A stretch of 37,270 bases of DNA from Thermodesulfobacteriota bacterium (lineage in GTDB: Bacteria > Desulfobacterota > Binatia > DP-6), in the NCBI GenBank assembly GCA_046727715.1, contig JBKPDC010000266.1, forward strand, positions 1 through 37,270, given 5' to 3'. This document shows, piece by piece, positions 15,058-25,568 of the stretch. A program made the translations under genes and the position numbers. Each line of letters starts with the position of its first letter. Position 1 is the first letter of the stretch. The notes under the pieces are model-generated. The model was not told where the DNA came from and ran no database searches. It worked only from the letters and a program-made list of their open reading frames with translations.

Positions 15058-15804
15058 ATGGGACTCGGAGGGCGACACGCGCTCGTGACCGGCGGTGCCT
15101 CCGGCATCGGACGCGCCGTCGCCCACCGGCTCGGCCGTGACGGCGCCGGGGTGACCGTCCTCGACGTCGATCTCGGCGCCGCACGGACCGTCGCCGGCGA
15201 GGTCGCCGCCGCGGGCGCCGCCGCGCAGGCGGTGGTGGCCGACGTAGCCGACGCCGGCGCGGTGCAGGCGGCGGTGGAGGCCGCGCGCAGCGGACTCGGC
15301 GCCGTCCACGTGCTCGTATGCAGCGCGGGCATCGCGGGGTTCTCGCCCCTGCACACCATGACCGAGGCGCAGTGGGATCGCATGCTCGCCGTGCATCTCC
15401 GCGGCACGTTCCTCGTGACCCGCGCCGTGCTGCCCGACATGCTCGCGGCCGGCTGGGGTCGCATCGTCACCATCTCGTCGGTGGGCGGCCTGCGCGGCGG
15501 ACCGAACCTGACGCACTACGCCGCCGCCAAGGCCGGGGTGATCGGGTTCACGAAGGCCCTGGCGCTCGAGGTCGGCTCCCATGGCGTGACGGCGAATGCC
15601 ATCGCCCCGGGGCTGGTCGACACGCCGATGCTGCGGGGCTCGGGCATCCCGCCGGAGCTGCTCGAGCAATCGCGGCGGCAGATCCCCGTGGGCAGGCTCG
15701 GAACGCCAGACGACGTCGCCGCGGCCTGCGCCTTCCTCGCCTCGGACGAAGCCGGCTTCGTCACCGGGCAGGTCGTGAGCCCGAACGGCGGCGGCTGGCT
15801 CTAG
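15058..15804 (+). CDS. short-chain dehydrogenase/reductase (FabG-like 3-oxoacyl reductase)
   Basis: ATG at 15058 gives MGLGGRHALVTGGASGIGRA. Catalytic YAAAKAG (YxxxK) and NAIAPG are present. Confidence 0.9.
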   Translation: MGLGGRHALVTGGASGIGRAVAHRLGRDGAGVTVLDVDLGAARTVAGEVAAAGAAAQAVVADVADAGAVQAAVEAARSGLGAVHVLVCSAGIAGFSPLHTMTEAQWDRMLAVHLRGTFLVTRAVLPDMLAAGWGRIVTISSVGGLRGGPNLTHYAAAKAGVIGFTKALALEVGSHGVTANAIAPGLVDTPMLRGSGIPPELLEQSRRQIPVGRLGTPDDVAAACAFLASDEAGFVTGQVVSPNGGGWL

Positions 15805-15816
15805 AGGCCTCGCGGC

Positions 15817-16608
15817 TCACGCGCCGCGAAACCGGGGCGGGCGCTTCTCGAGGAACGCCCGGACTCCCTCGGCGTAGTCGGCGCTCTCGAAGCATGCGGC
15901 GATCAGTCGCGCCACGCCGGCCGGGTCGCGCGCCTCGGGGGCGCGCTGTGCCTCCAGGATGGCACGCTTGGCGGCGCGCAGCGTGAGGGGCGCGTTGCGG
16001 GCGATCGCCTCCACGTACTGCTCCGTGAAGGAACCGAGCTCTGCGCCCGATACCACCCGGTTGAGAAGGCCGATCTGGAGGGCCTCCGCCGCCGTGTACT
16101 GCCGCGCGGTGAAGAACAGCTCCGCGGCCGCCGCCGGGCCGAGCAGCGCAACTAGCCGCTCGACGCCGCTCTGGTGGTAGCCGAGGCCGAGCCGCGCCGC
16201 CGGCAGCGCGAGGCGTGCGTCGTGGGACGCGATGCGCAGGTCGGCGCATGCCGCGATCGCGAGCCCGCCACCGATGCACACCCCCCGGATCATCGCCACG
16301 ACCGGCTTCTCGACCGCCAGGAGCGCCGCGAACGCGGCCGCGGTCACCTCCTCATACGCGGCGGCCGAGGCGGCGTCCTTGCGCCGGGTGGCGAACTCCG
16401 AGATGTCCGCCCCCGACGCGAAGGCCTCCTCGCCAGCGCCGCGCAGGACCAGCACCCGCACGGCCGGGTCGAGGTCCAGCGCCCGCACTACCTCCGGCAG
16501 CGCCTGCCACATCTCGAGCCGGAGGGCATTCAGCCGTGCGGGGTTGCGAAGCACGATCCACGCCACCCCGACCGCTGAGCGCTCGACGCCGATGCCGAAG
16601 TCGGCCAT
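15817..16608 (-). CDS. enoyl-CoA hydratase/isomerase (crotonase) family protein
   Basis: 263-aa ORF. Motifs: VLVLRGAGEEAFASGADISEF, VVAMIRGVCIGGGLAIAACADLRIAS. Confidence 0.9.
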   Translation of the reverse strand: MADFGIGVERSAVGVAWIVLRNPARLNALRLEMWQALPEVVRALDLDPAVRVLVLRGAGEEAFASGADISEFATRRKDAASAAAYEEVTAAAFAALLAVEKPVVAMIRGVCIGGGLAIAACADLRIASHDARLALPAARLGLGYHQSGVERLVALLGPAAAAELFFTARQYTAAEALQIGLLNRVVSGAELGSFTEQYVEAIARNAPLTLRAAKRAILEAQRAPEARDPAGVARLIAACFESADYAEGVRAFLEKRPPRFRGA

Positions 16609-16739
16609 GGAGACCGGATATCATGAGGTCCGTCACGTCGCCCGCGGGCACGGGGGCAGCGCGGCGCGCATCAGCTTCGGGCGCCACGCCTTGCTGCTCG
16701 GCTGCTTCCGCACCGAGCGGGCGAAGAGCGACACGCACA

Positions 16740-17924
16740 TCAAGTTGGTCTCCCCGCTGCCGTAGGCAGCAGCCGGCGCGTCGCCAGGTCGGCGCCCGCG
16801 CGCAGGGCGCGCAACTTGGCCCACACCACGTCGTCGGCGACCGTGCCGAGGCCGGCCGCGGTATCGAAGCCGCAGTCGGTCCCGGCGAGCACGCGGCGTG
16901 GGTCACCGACGGCGGCGGCGGCGCGTTCGAGCCGTTCCGCCACGACCTCGGGGTGCTCGACGTAGTTCGTCGTGGTGTCGATCACCCCCGCCACCAGGAG
17001 CCAGTCCGCCGGGAGCGGCTGGCGGACGAAGCAGCGGTGCTCGTGCGCGTGCCGCGGGTTGGCCATCGAGAGCACGAGCGCACCGACGCGCGCGCGGTAG
17101 AGGTGCGGCAGCAGCGCCTCGAGGGGGACGTCCAGGTCGTGCGGCCCCTCGTAGTTCCCCCAGCAGACGTGGAGCCGGACGCGGTCGGGGGCGCAGCGCG
17201 CGAGCGCGCGGTTGAGCGCGTCGATCACCAGGTCGACGAAGGCGAGGAACTCGTCCAGCGGGCGGTCGGCGAACCGCGTATGGCGCTCCATGGCGAGGTC
17301 GGGGCAGTCGACCTGGAGGACCAGCCCGCGTGTGACGATGGTCTCGTACTCGGTGCGCAGCGCGTCGGCGAGCGCCGCGACGTACTCCGGCAGGCCCGGG
17401 TAGTAGGCGTTCTGCATGGCGCACGCGACGATCCCGGGCGATGGCGCGGTTATGAAGGACTCGACGAACCCGGCGCCCACCTCGGCCACGATGGCGCGGT
17501 AGCGGTCCACCTCGCCAAGGGCCACCGCGGGATCGAGGTAGCGCACCGCGCCGACCGCCTTGGGGGCGCTCATCAGGCTCACCATCGGGCGGCTGAACTC
17601 GGGCAGCTTCTGCTCGACGAAGCTCGGGTAGCGCAGCAGGTCGCGCATGACGGGACGCACGCTCTCGCCACCGAAGCCGCTCAGCCGGTGGCGGACGTAG
17701 GTGAAGAAGCTCTCGCGCGACTGCTCGCCGTCGCCCCCGACGTCGATCCCGACGTCGCGCTGGCGCTCGACGACCCGCCGCACGGCGTCGCTCACGAGTC
17801 GCCGGAGCTCGATCTCGTCCACCGCCTCGCCACGACTCTGGCGGATGAACACCTCGGTGAGCGGTCGCGGGCGCGGCAGGCTGCCGGCATGGGTGGTGAG
17901 GATGTGGGCATCGCTCCGGCGCAT
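16740..17924 (-). CDS. cobalamin-independent methionine synthase (MetE C-terminal domain)-like protein
   Basis: 394-aa ORF. It starts ILTTHAGSLPRP..., with VCWGNYEGPH and AGTDCGF Zn-ligand-like motifs of the MetE/UROD-like fold. Confidence 0.8.
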   Translation of the reverse strand: MRRSDAHILTTHAGSLPRPRPLTEVFIRQSRGEAVDEIELRRLVSDAVRRVVERQRDVGIDVGGDGEQSRESFFTYVRHRLSGFGGESVRPVMRDLLRYPSFVEQKLPEFSRPMVSLMSAPKAVGAVRYLDPAVALGEVDRYRAIVAEVGAGFVESFITAPSPGIVACAMQNAYYPGLPEYVAALADALRTEYETIVTRGLVLQVDCPDLAMERHTRFADRPLDEFLAFVDLVIDALNRALARCAPDRVRLHVCWGNYEGPHDLDVPLEALLPHLYRARVGALVLSMANPRHAHEHRCFVRQPLPADWLLVAGVIDTTTNYVEHPEVVAERLERAAAAVGDPRRVLAGTDCGFDTAAGLGTVADDVVWAKLRALRAGADLATRRLLPTAAGRPT

Positions 17925-18217
17925 GGTGCGCTTCTACGCCGGCCCTCCTGCCCGTGCTATCCGAGTCGTGACGGCGGACCTGCGACCTGCACGAACGGCT
18001 CGGCGCAGCCCTGTCGTGGTGGTCGAGTGCCACCAGCAGTGCCCGCGCGGTGGCGTCCGCGTCGACGAGGTAGCGGCGTGCGCGTACGCGTGCGCGAATC
18101 CGCGCCACGCTCGCGTCCATCGCTCCGCGCCCCGGGGGGGGCATCTCCTGCCGCGAGCCTCCCATGCCCTCTGCCTGTATCATCGACCGCCGATGGCGAG
18201 CGCTTGTGCGCGATCCG

Positions 18218-18949
18218 CTACCCGGCCTGGGCGACCTCCGCGAAGGGCTCTCTCAGCTGCGCGCGCAACCGCGCGAGGGCCTGCGCGTGCAGCTGCGACA
18301 CGCGGGACTCGGTCAGCCCCAGCACGGTACCCACCTCCTTCATGGTGAGCTCATCGCGGTAGTAGAGCGACAAGAGAACCTGGTCCCGCTGGGGGAGCCC
18401 GCGGATGGCGTCCGCGATCAGGCGCCCTTGCTCGCGGCGCAGCAGGGTGGCGAGCGGCCCGGGCTCGTCGCGCCCGGGCGGGAACGCCTGGTCGTCCCAG
18501 CCCGCGCCGGGCTCGTCGAGGCTGACCACGCCGACGGGCGCGATCGCGCTCCGAAGCGCGCGCAGACCCTCGAGCGAGAGGGCGAGCGCCGCCGCCAGCT
18601 CCTCCTCGGTGGCTCGACGCCCGAGCCGCGCTTCGAGGACGCCGGCCGTGCGCTCGACTTGCGCGGCCTTCTCGCGCAGGCTTCGCGGCACCCAGTCGAG
18701 CGCGCGGAGCTGGTCGAGAATCGTGCCCCGGATGCGGAAGCGAGCGTACGTCGAGAACAACGTGGCGCGCCCGGGGTCGTAGCGCTCGAGCGCGGTGAGG
18801 AGTCCGATCGTGCCCCACGCGACCAGATCGTCGAGGTCTGCCGCCGGGGTCTTCTCCAGGTGACGCCGCGCCACGCGCCGTACGAGCGGCAGGTAGCGGC
18901 GGAGGAGCGTCTCGCGCTCGCCGATCGTGGTGGCCGTGCGCTGCGGCAT
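18218..18949 (-). CDS. fliA: FliA/WhiG-type (group 3, sigma-28-like) RNA polymerase sigma factor
   Basis: ATG at 18949 is preceded by GGGAGGGAAGAGGG. Motifs: DDLVAWGTIGLLTALERYDP, FSTYARFRIRGTILDQLRALDWVPRSLR, LSLYYRDELTMKEVGTVLGLTESRVSQLH. Confidence 0.85.
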   Translation of the reverse strand: MPQRTATTIGERETLLRRYLPLVRRVARRHLEKTPAADLDDLVAWGTIGLLTALERYDPGRATLFSTYARFRIRGTILDQLRALDWVPRSLREKAAQVERTAGVLEARLGRRATEEELAAALALSLEGLRALRSAIAPVGVVSLDEPGAGWDDQAFPPGRDEPGPLATLLRREQGRLIADAIRGLPQRDQVLLSLYYRDELTMKEVGTVLGLTESRVSQLHAQALARLRAQLREPFAEVAQAG

Positions 18950-19142
18950 GCCCTCTTCCCTCCCGAGCCTAGATCGCGTGCGCGGGACGCTACCCGAACG
19001 GCGGCGACCGCTGCGAGCCCAAACTGGCGCCCCCTCCATCCGCCGACGGATGGCCCCATGGATGCGCATTGGACGGTACAAACAAGCCACCCTATCCTGG
19101 CCGACTTGGCAATCCGGCCAGCGCCTGCCAGGAGAGGACGCA

Positions 19143-20237
19143 ATGGCGGACGCCGCAGACTTGATCGCGCGGGACGCCCGGGCCGTGGGCTTCCCCCTCG
19201 CCGGCTGCGCGCCGCTCACCGAGCTGCCGCGTGCCGCCTTCCTGACGGACTGGCTCGCCGACGGGCGGGCCGGCGAGATGCGGTATCTGGAACGTCGCCC
19301 GGACCGTCGCATCGATCCCCGGCGGGCCTGGCCCTGGGCGCGGGCGATCATCACGCTGGCATACCCCTACCGGCCACCCCCGCCGCCGCCGGCCGACTGG
19401 CGCGCGACGCTGCGGGGACGCATGGCGGCGTACGCCGCGGGGCGCGACTATCACGACGCGATCGCGGCGCGCCTCGACCACCTGATGCGCCGCCTGCAGG
19501 CGCGCTGGCCGGGGAGCACCTTCCGACCGTACGTCGACACGGGGCCTATCCTCGAGCGCGAATGGGCCATGCGCGGAGGAGTCGGCTGGATCGGGCGCAA
19601 CACGCTCCTCCTGCACCGGCATGCAGGATCGTATTTCTTCCTGGCCGAGTTGCTGACCGACGTGACGCTCGCGGCGGTGGCCCTTCCCGCCGACCATTGC
19701 GGCACGTGCACGCGCTGCCTCACCGGCTGCCCGACCGGGGCCCTCACGGAGTACGCGATGGACCCGCGCCGCTGCATCTCGTATCTGACGATCGAGCATC
19801 GCACGGCGCTTCCGGTGGCGCTCCGTCCGGCGCTCGAGAACTGGATCTTCGGCTGCGACGTCTGCCAGGAGGTCTGCCCGTGGAACCGCGACGCGCGGAG
19901 CGAGCCCGACGAGGCCCTCGCGCCGTTCCTGCCCGAGCTGCTGGCGCTCGATGCGGACGCATTCCGCGCACGCTTCGCGCGCACCGCCGTGACACGCACC
20001 CGGCGCCGCGGCTTGTTGCGCAACGTGGCCGTCGCGCTCGGCAACAGCGGCAATCCCGACGCCGTATCGCCGCTCGTCGCCGCGCTCGCCGACCCCGAGC
20101 CGCTGGTCCGCGCCCATGTGGCGTGGGCGCTCGGGCGGCTCGGTGGACGCCCGGCGCGCGACGCGCTCGAGCGCACGTGCCGCCAGGACCCCGACGCCTC
20201 CGTCCGCGCGGAAGCCGATGCGGCGCGCGCGGCATAG
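19143..20237 (+). CDS. queG: epoxyqueuosine reductase
   Basis: ATG at 19143 is preceded by AGGAGAGGA. Motifs: RMAAYAAGRDYH, WIGRNTLLL, the ferredoxin motifs CGTCTRCLTGCPTGAL and CDVCQEVCPWN, and C-terminal HEAT-like repeats. Confidence 0.9.
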   Translation: MADAADLIARDARAVGFPLAGCAPLTELPRAAFLTDWLADGRAGEMRYLERRPDRRIDPRRAWPWARAIITLAYPYRPPPPPPADWRATLRGRMAAYAAGRDYHDAIAARLDHLMRRLQARWPGSTFRPYVDTGPILEREWAMRGGVGWIGRNTLLLHRHAGSYFFLAELLTDVTLAAVALPADHCGTCTRCLTGCPTGALTEYAMDPRRCISYLTIEHRTALPVALRPALENWIFGCDVCQEVCPWNRDARSEPDEALAPFLPELLALDADAFRARFARTAVTRTRRRGLLRNVAVALGNSGNPDAVSPLVAALADPEPLVRAHVAWALGRLGGRPARDALERTCRQDPDASVRAEADAARAA

Positions 20238-20281
20238 GAGACCGACGCGAGACCTACGGCGCTGCGCGGGCTGCGCGCGGC

Positions 20282-21301
20282 TCAGACCAGCGGACGGCCC
20301 TGGTCCACCACGCCGAGCTCGACCAGCAACCGGTCCCGTACGGTCGCCGCGGCACGCGACCGCGCCTCGGGCTCGGTCCCGACCGGGATACGCCCGCCGG
20401 CGATCTGGTCGTGCCCGCCGGCCAGCTTGCTCCCCAGCACGCGCTGGAGGATCTCGCCCGCATTCACGTCGCGCTCCGTGGTGCGGATGGAGCAATGGAG
20501 ACATCCCTCGAACGTCCCGATGGCGGCGGACCACTCCACCTGGTCGAGCCGGAGCAGGAAGTCGGCGACCTCGGCAACCATGTCGGGGTACTGGACCTCG
20601 CCCAGGACCGAGATCACCACGCGATCGGCATACAGCATCGCCTTGTCGATGGCCTCGCGGAACACACGGAAATACTCGCGCGGAACGCGCGCATTCTCGA
20701 TCTTGGCGAGCCGCCGCTTGTTGGCATGCGGATAGAGGAAGTGGGCGGCCTCGATGTCGGCCGGCGTGGCCTCGCGTCCCAGATCCTGCGTCTCGGCGGC
20801 GATGCCGTAGAACAGCGCGGTGGCGATCTTGTGGTCGAGATCGAGCCGTGACTCGCGCAGGTATTCCGTCAGGATGGTCGACGTCGCGCCGTAGGCGTCG
20901 CGCAGGTCGAGGAACGGCACGCCCGGGTACTCCGCGTAGGCGGGATGATGGTCGATGACCACGTGCGGCACCACCCCGGCCGGCAGCGAGTTGTTGGGCC
21001 GACCCGGCTGGGTATCCACCAGCGCGATCTGCACGTTGCCGTCGAAGGCCACCTCGCTCACGGGCACCAGATCGATGTTCAGATAGGTCCGCATGGCGCG
21101 GTTCTCGGCTCGGCCGACGATGCCCCCGAGCGCGATATGCGCTGGCTTTTCCAGCAGCTTGCCAGCGAGATACTTGAGCGCCGCAGCACTCGCCATGGCG
21201 TCGGGATCGGGGTTGTCGTGCGGGAGGATGACGAGTGGCCCCGGGCGATCGAGAACCTGCAGCAGGCTCGCGAGCACCCCGCGACTTGGCGGAGAAGCCA
21301 T
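20282..21301 (-). CDS. DHH/DHHA1 family phosphoesterase (NrnA-like)
   Basis: ATG at 21301 (the C-terminal 339 aa of ORF 20282..22456). Motifs: ILPHDNPDPDAMAS, VVIDHH, GGHDQIAGG. Confidence 0.85.
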   Translation of the reverse strand: MASPPSRGVLASLLQVLDRPGPLVILPHDNPDPDAMASAAALKYLAGKLLEKPAHIALGGIVGRAENRAMRTYLNIDLVPVSEVAFDGNVQIALVDTQPGRPNNSLPAGVVPHVVIDHHPAYAEYPGVPFLDLRDAYGATSTILTEYLRESRLDLDHKIATALFYGIAAETQDLGREATPADIEAAHFLYPHANKRRLAKIENARVPREYFRVFREAIDKAMLYADRVVISVLGEVQYPDMVAEVADFLLRLDQVEWSAAIGTFEGCLHCSIRTTERDVNAGEILQRVLGSKLAGGHDQIAGGRIPVGTEPEARSRAAATVRDRLLVELGVVDQGRPLV

Positions 21302-21397
21302 CGGGAGGAGGGGAAGTATGGCCCGCGCCCCCGCGCCTGTCCATCCCCAGCCAGCCCCGGTTGGCACCGGCTGGATCCCTCTGGTAGCGTCGCACAC

Positions 21398-22830
<1,433 letters not shown>

Positions 22831-22834
<4 letters not shown>

Positions 22835-24186
22835 GCACACCGGACGACCTGCGCGACGTCGCCCGGCGCCTCGTGCACGACGCGCTCGCGGCCGGCGCGC
22901 GTGCGGCCGACGCGCTCGCGGGCGAGAGCGACGGGCTCGAGGTGGGCGTCCGGCTGGGAGCCGTCGAGAAGCTCAAACGCGCGCGGGAGCGCCGCGCCGG
23001 GGTGCGGGTCTTCGTCGGCGACTCGACGGCCATCGTCTCGACCGCCGACCTCTCGGCCAGCGGGCTCGACACGCTCGCGCGTGAGGCGTGTGGGCTGGCG
23101 CGAGCCACGGCGCCCGACCGCTTCGCCGGGCTGCCTGATCCCGACGATCTCGCCACCGCGCAGCCCGACCTCGGGCTCTATGATCCCGCCAGCGAGACCC
23201 TCGAGACGGAGTCCTGCCTGGCACTCGCCCGCGACGGCGAGGCGGCCGCGCTCGCGGCTGCGCCGGAGATCGACAACTCGGAGGGCGCCGAATTCGGGGG
23301 CGCTGGCGGACAGGTCGCCTACGCGTCCAGCCTGGGCTTCGAGGGCGCCTACAGCGGGTCGAGCTTCAGCCTCGTGGTGACGCCGGTCGCGCGCCGCAAC
23401 GGCAGCATGCAGCGCGACTACTGGTACACCTCGGGGCGGTGGCTGGCGGGCCTCGACGCACCGGCGATCGTCGGCGCCGAGGCGGCCCGGCGCGCCGTGC
23501 GGCGCCTCGGGGCGCGCCGCGTCGCCACCACCGAATGTCCGGTGGTCTTCGACCCCGAGACCGCCGCCTCGCTGCTGCGACACCTCGCAGGTGCCGTCGC
23601 CGGCACCACGCTCTATCGCCGGGCCTCCTTCCTGCTGGATCGCCTGGGCGAGCGCATCGCCGATCCGGCCGTGACGGTGATCGACGATCCGTTGCGACCG
23701 CGTGGGCCGGCGTCGCGTCCGTTCGACGGCGAGGGCGTCGCATCCCGGCGGCGGGTCGTCGTGGGCGACGGCGTGCTCGAGAGCTACCTCCTCGACTCCT
23801 ACTCCGCCCGGCGCCTCGGCATGCGACCGACGGGACACGCCAGTCGCGCGGCGGGCGACGCGCCCGGCGTGGCACCGACGAACCTCCACCTCGCCGCGGG
23901 ACCACACTCGCCCGAGGCGATCATCGCCTCGGTGCCCGCCGGTCTCTACGTGACGGAGCTGATCGGGTTCGGGGTGAACCTGGTGACGGGCGACTATTCG
24001 CGCGGCGCGGCCGGGCTCTGGATCGACCGTGGCGAGCTGGCCTACCCGGTGGAGGAGGTGACAATCGCGGGCAACCTACGCGACATGCTCGCCGGCATCG
24101 AGATGGTCGGAAACGACCTCGTGTTCCGCGGCTCGACGTCGGCGCCGACGGTCAAGGTGAGCCGGATGACGGTGGCCGGGGCCTGA
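22831..24186 (+). CDS. pmbA: metalloprotease PmbA/TldE
   Basis: GTG at 22831 overlaps the tldD TGA (GTGA). The 451-aa tail of ORF 21508..24186 contains NLHLAAG, GLYVTELIGFGVNLVTGDYSRGAAGLWI and VFRGSTSAPTVKV. Confidence 0.9.
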
Positions 24187-24194
24187 GGCCGGGC

Positions 24195-24356
24195 TCACTC
24201 GTCCTCGTCCTCCTCCTCCTCTTCCTCGTCCCAGTCCTCGTCGTCTTCTTCGTCCTCGAAGTCGACGTCGTCCTCGTCGAGCTCCTCGTCGTCCTCGAGG
24301 TCGTCGTCGTCCCCCGGCGCGGCCGCACCCAGTAGCGCTACCAGCTGCTCGTCCAT
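24195..24356 (-). CDS. unlisted small hyper-acidic protein (53 aa, 35 Asp/Glu, no basic residues)
   Basis: ATG at 24356 is preceded by GGAAGGGAAGGGG and overlaps the bioB 3' end by 19 nt; the stop is TGA at 24195-24197. Product: MDEQLVALLGAAAPGDDDDLEDDEELDEDDVDFEDEEDDEDWDEEEEEEDEDE. 47 of 53 codons end in G/C. Confidence 0.5.
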   Translation of the reverse strand: MDEQLVALLGAAAPGDDDDLEDDEELDEDDVDFEDEEDDEDWDEEEEEEDEDE

Positions 24357-25450
24357 TGCCCCTTCCCTTCCTCGCGTTCTGCGCGCCCGTCAAGCCCGTC
24401 CGAGAAGCCCGCGGCGCCGTCCACGGGCGCCGCTGAGTCCTCGACCTGGAAGCCGAGGGCTTGGATCATGGCCGAGGCATCGTGATGGGCCTGTCCGGCC
24501 GTCGTCAGATAGCCGTCCACGAACACCGAGTTGGCCGCGAACAGCGCCAGCCCCTGCGCGCCACCGAGGCAGCGCTCGCGGCCGCCCGCGGCACGGATCT
24601 CGGCGCGCGGGTTGGTGAGGCGGAAGAGGGCCAGCGCCCGCAGACAGCGCCCGACCGGCGGGGGCTCACGCTCGCCCAGCGGGGTCCCCTCGATCGGGTG
24701 AAGAAAGTTCACCGGCAGCGACTCGACGCGGAGCATGGCGAGCGCGCCGGCCACGTCGATCAAGTCGTCGTCCGTCTCGCCCATGCCGACGATGACGCCG
24801 GAGCACGCCTGGAGTCCCGCGCGGCGCGCGCTCTCCACCGTGGCCACCCGATCGTCGTAGGAGTGCGTGGTGCAGATAGCGGGGTAGTGGCGGCGGCTGG
24901 TGTTCAGATTGTGGTTCACGTAGTCGATCCCCGCCGCGCGCAGCGCCCGCGTGTCGGCATCGCCCATGATGCCGAGCGAGACGCACAGCTCGAGCTGGGG
25001 CAGTGCGGTCCGGATGGCGCGTGCGGCGCGCCCGAAGTGCTCGATGTCGGCGGGGCTCGGCCCGCGCGCACTGGTCACCATGCAGTAGCGTCGCGCGCCG
25101 GCCGCGACCGCCTGGCGCGCCGCCGCCACCAGCTCGGCGACCGGCTTCAGGCGGTAGCGTGCGATGTCGGCCGTGGACACCGCCGACTGGGAGCAGTAGC
25201 CGCAGTCCTCGGGGCAGAGGCCGCTACGGGCATTGTTCAGGACGCAGAGCTTCACGCGGCGGCCGAAGTGCCGGGCACGCACCGCGTAGGCGGCCCAGAG
25301 GAGATCCGCCAGCTCGTCGTCCGGCGTCGCCAGCACCGCCCGCCCCTGGTCGGCGTCGAGCGCGGCGTCCGCCAGGGCGCGTTGCGCGAGCGGACGATAT
25401 GCGCCGGCCAGTGCGAGCGCCCGGCGGGGCTCCGTGAGGGCCTCCAGCAT
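24338..25450 (-). CDS. bioB: biotin synthase (radical SAM)
   Basis: ATG at 25450 (residue 45 of ORF 24338..25582). Motifs: CPEDCGYCSQS, YNHNLNTS-like (VNHNLNTS), CSGVIVGMGET. A C-terminal tail of about 35 aa extends beyond ALGFQVE. Confidence 0.9.
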   Translation of the reverse strand: MLEALTEPRRALALAGAYRPLAQRALADAALDADQGRAVLATPDDELADLLWAAYAVRARHFGRRVKLCVLNNARSGLCPEDCGYCSQSAVSTADIARYRLKPVAELVAAARQAVAAGARRYCMVTSARGPSPADIEHFGRAARAIRTALPQLELCVSLGIMGDADTRALRAAGIDYVNHNLNTSRRHYPAICTTHSYDDRVATVESARRAGLQACSGVIVGMGETDDDLIDVAGALAMLRVESLPVNFLHPIEGTPLGEREPPPVGRCLRALALFRLTNPRAEIRAAGGRERCLGGAQGLALFAANSVFVDGYLTTAGQAHHDASAMIQALGFQVEDSAAPVDGAAGFSDGLDGRAEREEGKGQWTSSW

Positions 25451-25568
25451 CGGTCGGCCCTCCCTAGCGGTCCGGTGGGAGTTTGGCAAGGCGCGCGCGG
25501 TCGCCCTTGACACGGCCGCGGAAAGCGGATCGAGTATGCGTACATTCGACACTAACCAGGGAGCCGTC

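Noticed and set aside
23439-24335. + strand ORF ending in the hydrophobic run LVLVLLLLFLVPVLVVFFVLEVDVVLVELLVVLEVVVV
   Set aside because: The body is a shadow frame of pmbA. The Leu/Val tail is simply the antisense reading of the GAC/GAG-rich acidic ORF on the minus strand, which has the SD and sensible context.
25451-25568. NrtR operator or clear promoter in the bioB-nadA spacer (TTGACA at 25507, GTATGCGTACAT at 25534-25545)
   Set aside because: TTGACA has only a poor -10 (GAGTAT) at a 19-nt spacing. GTATGCGTACAT is not a true palindrome and does not fit the GT-N7-AC NrtR core. This is insufficient to annotate.
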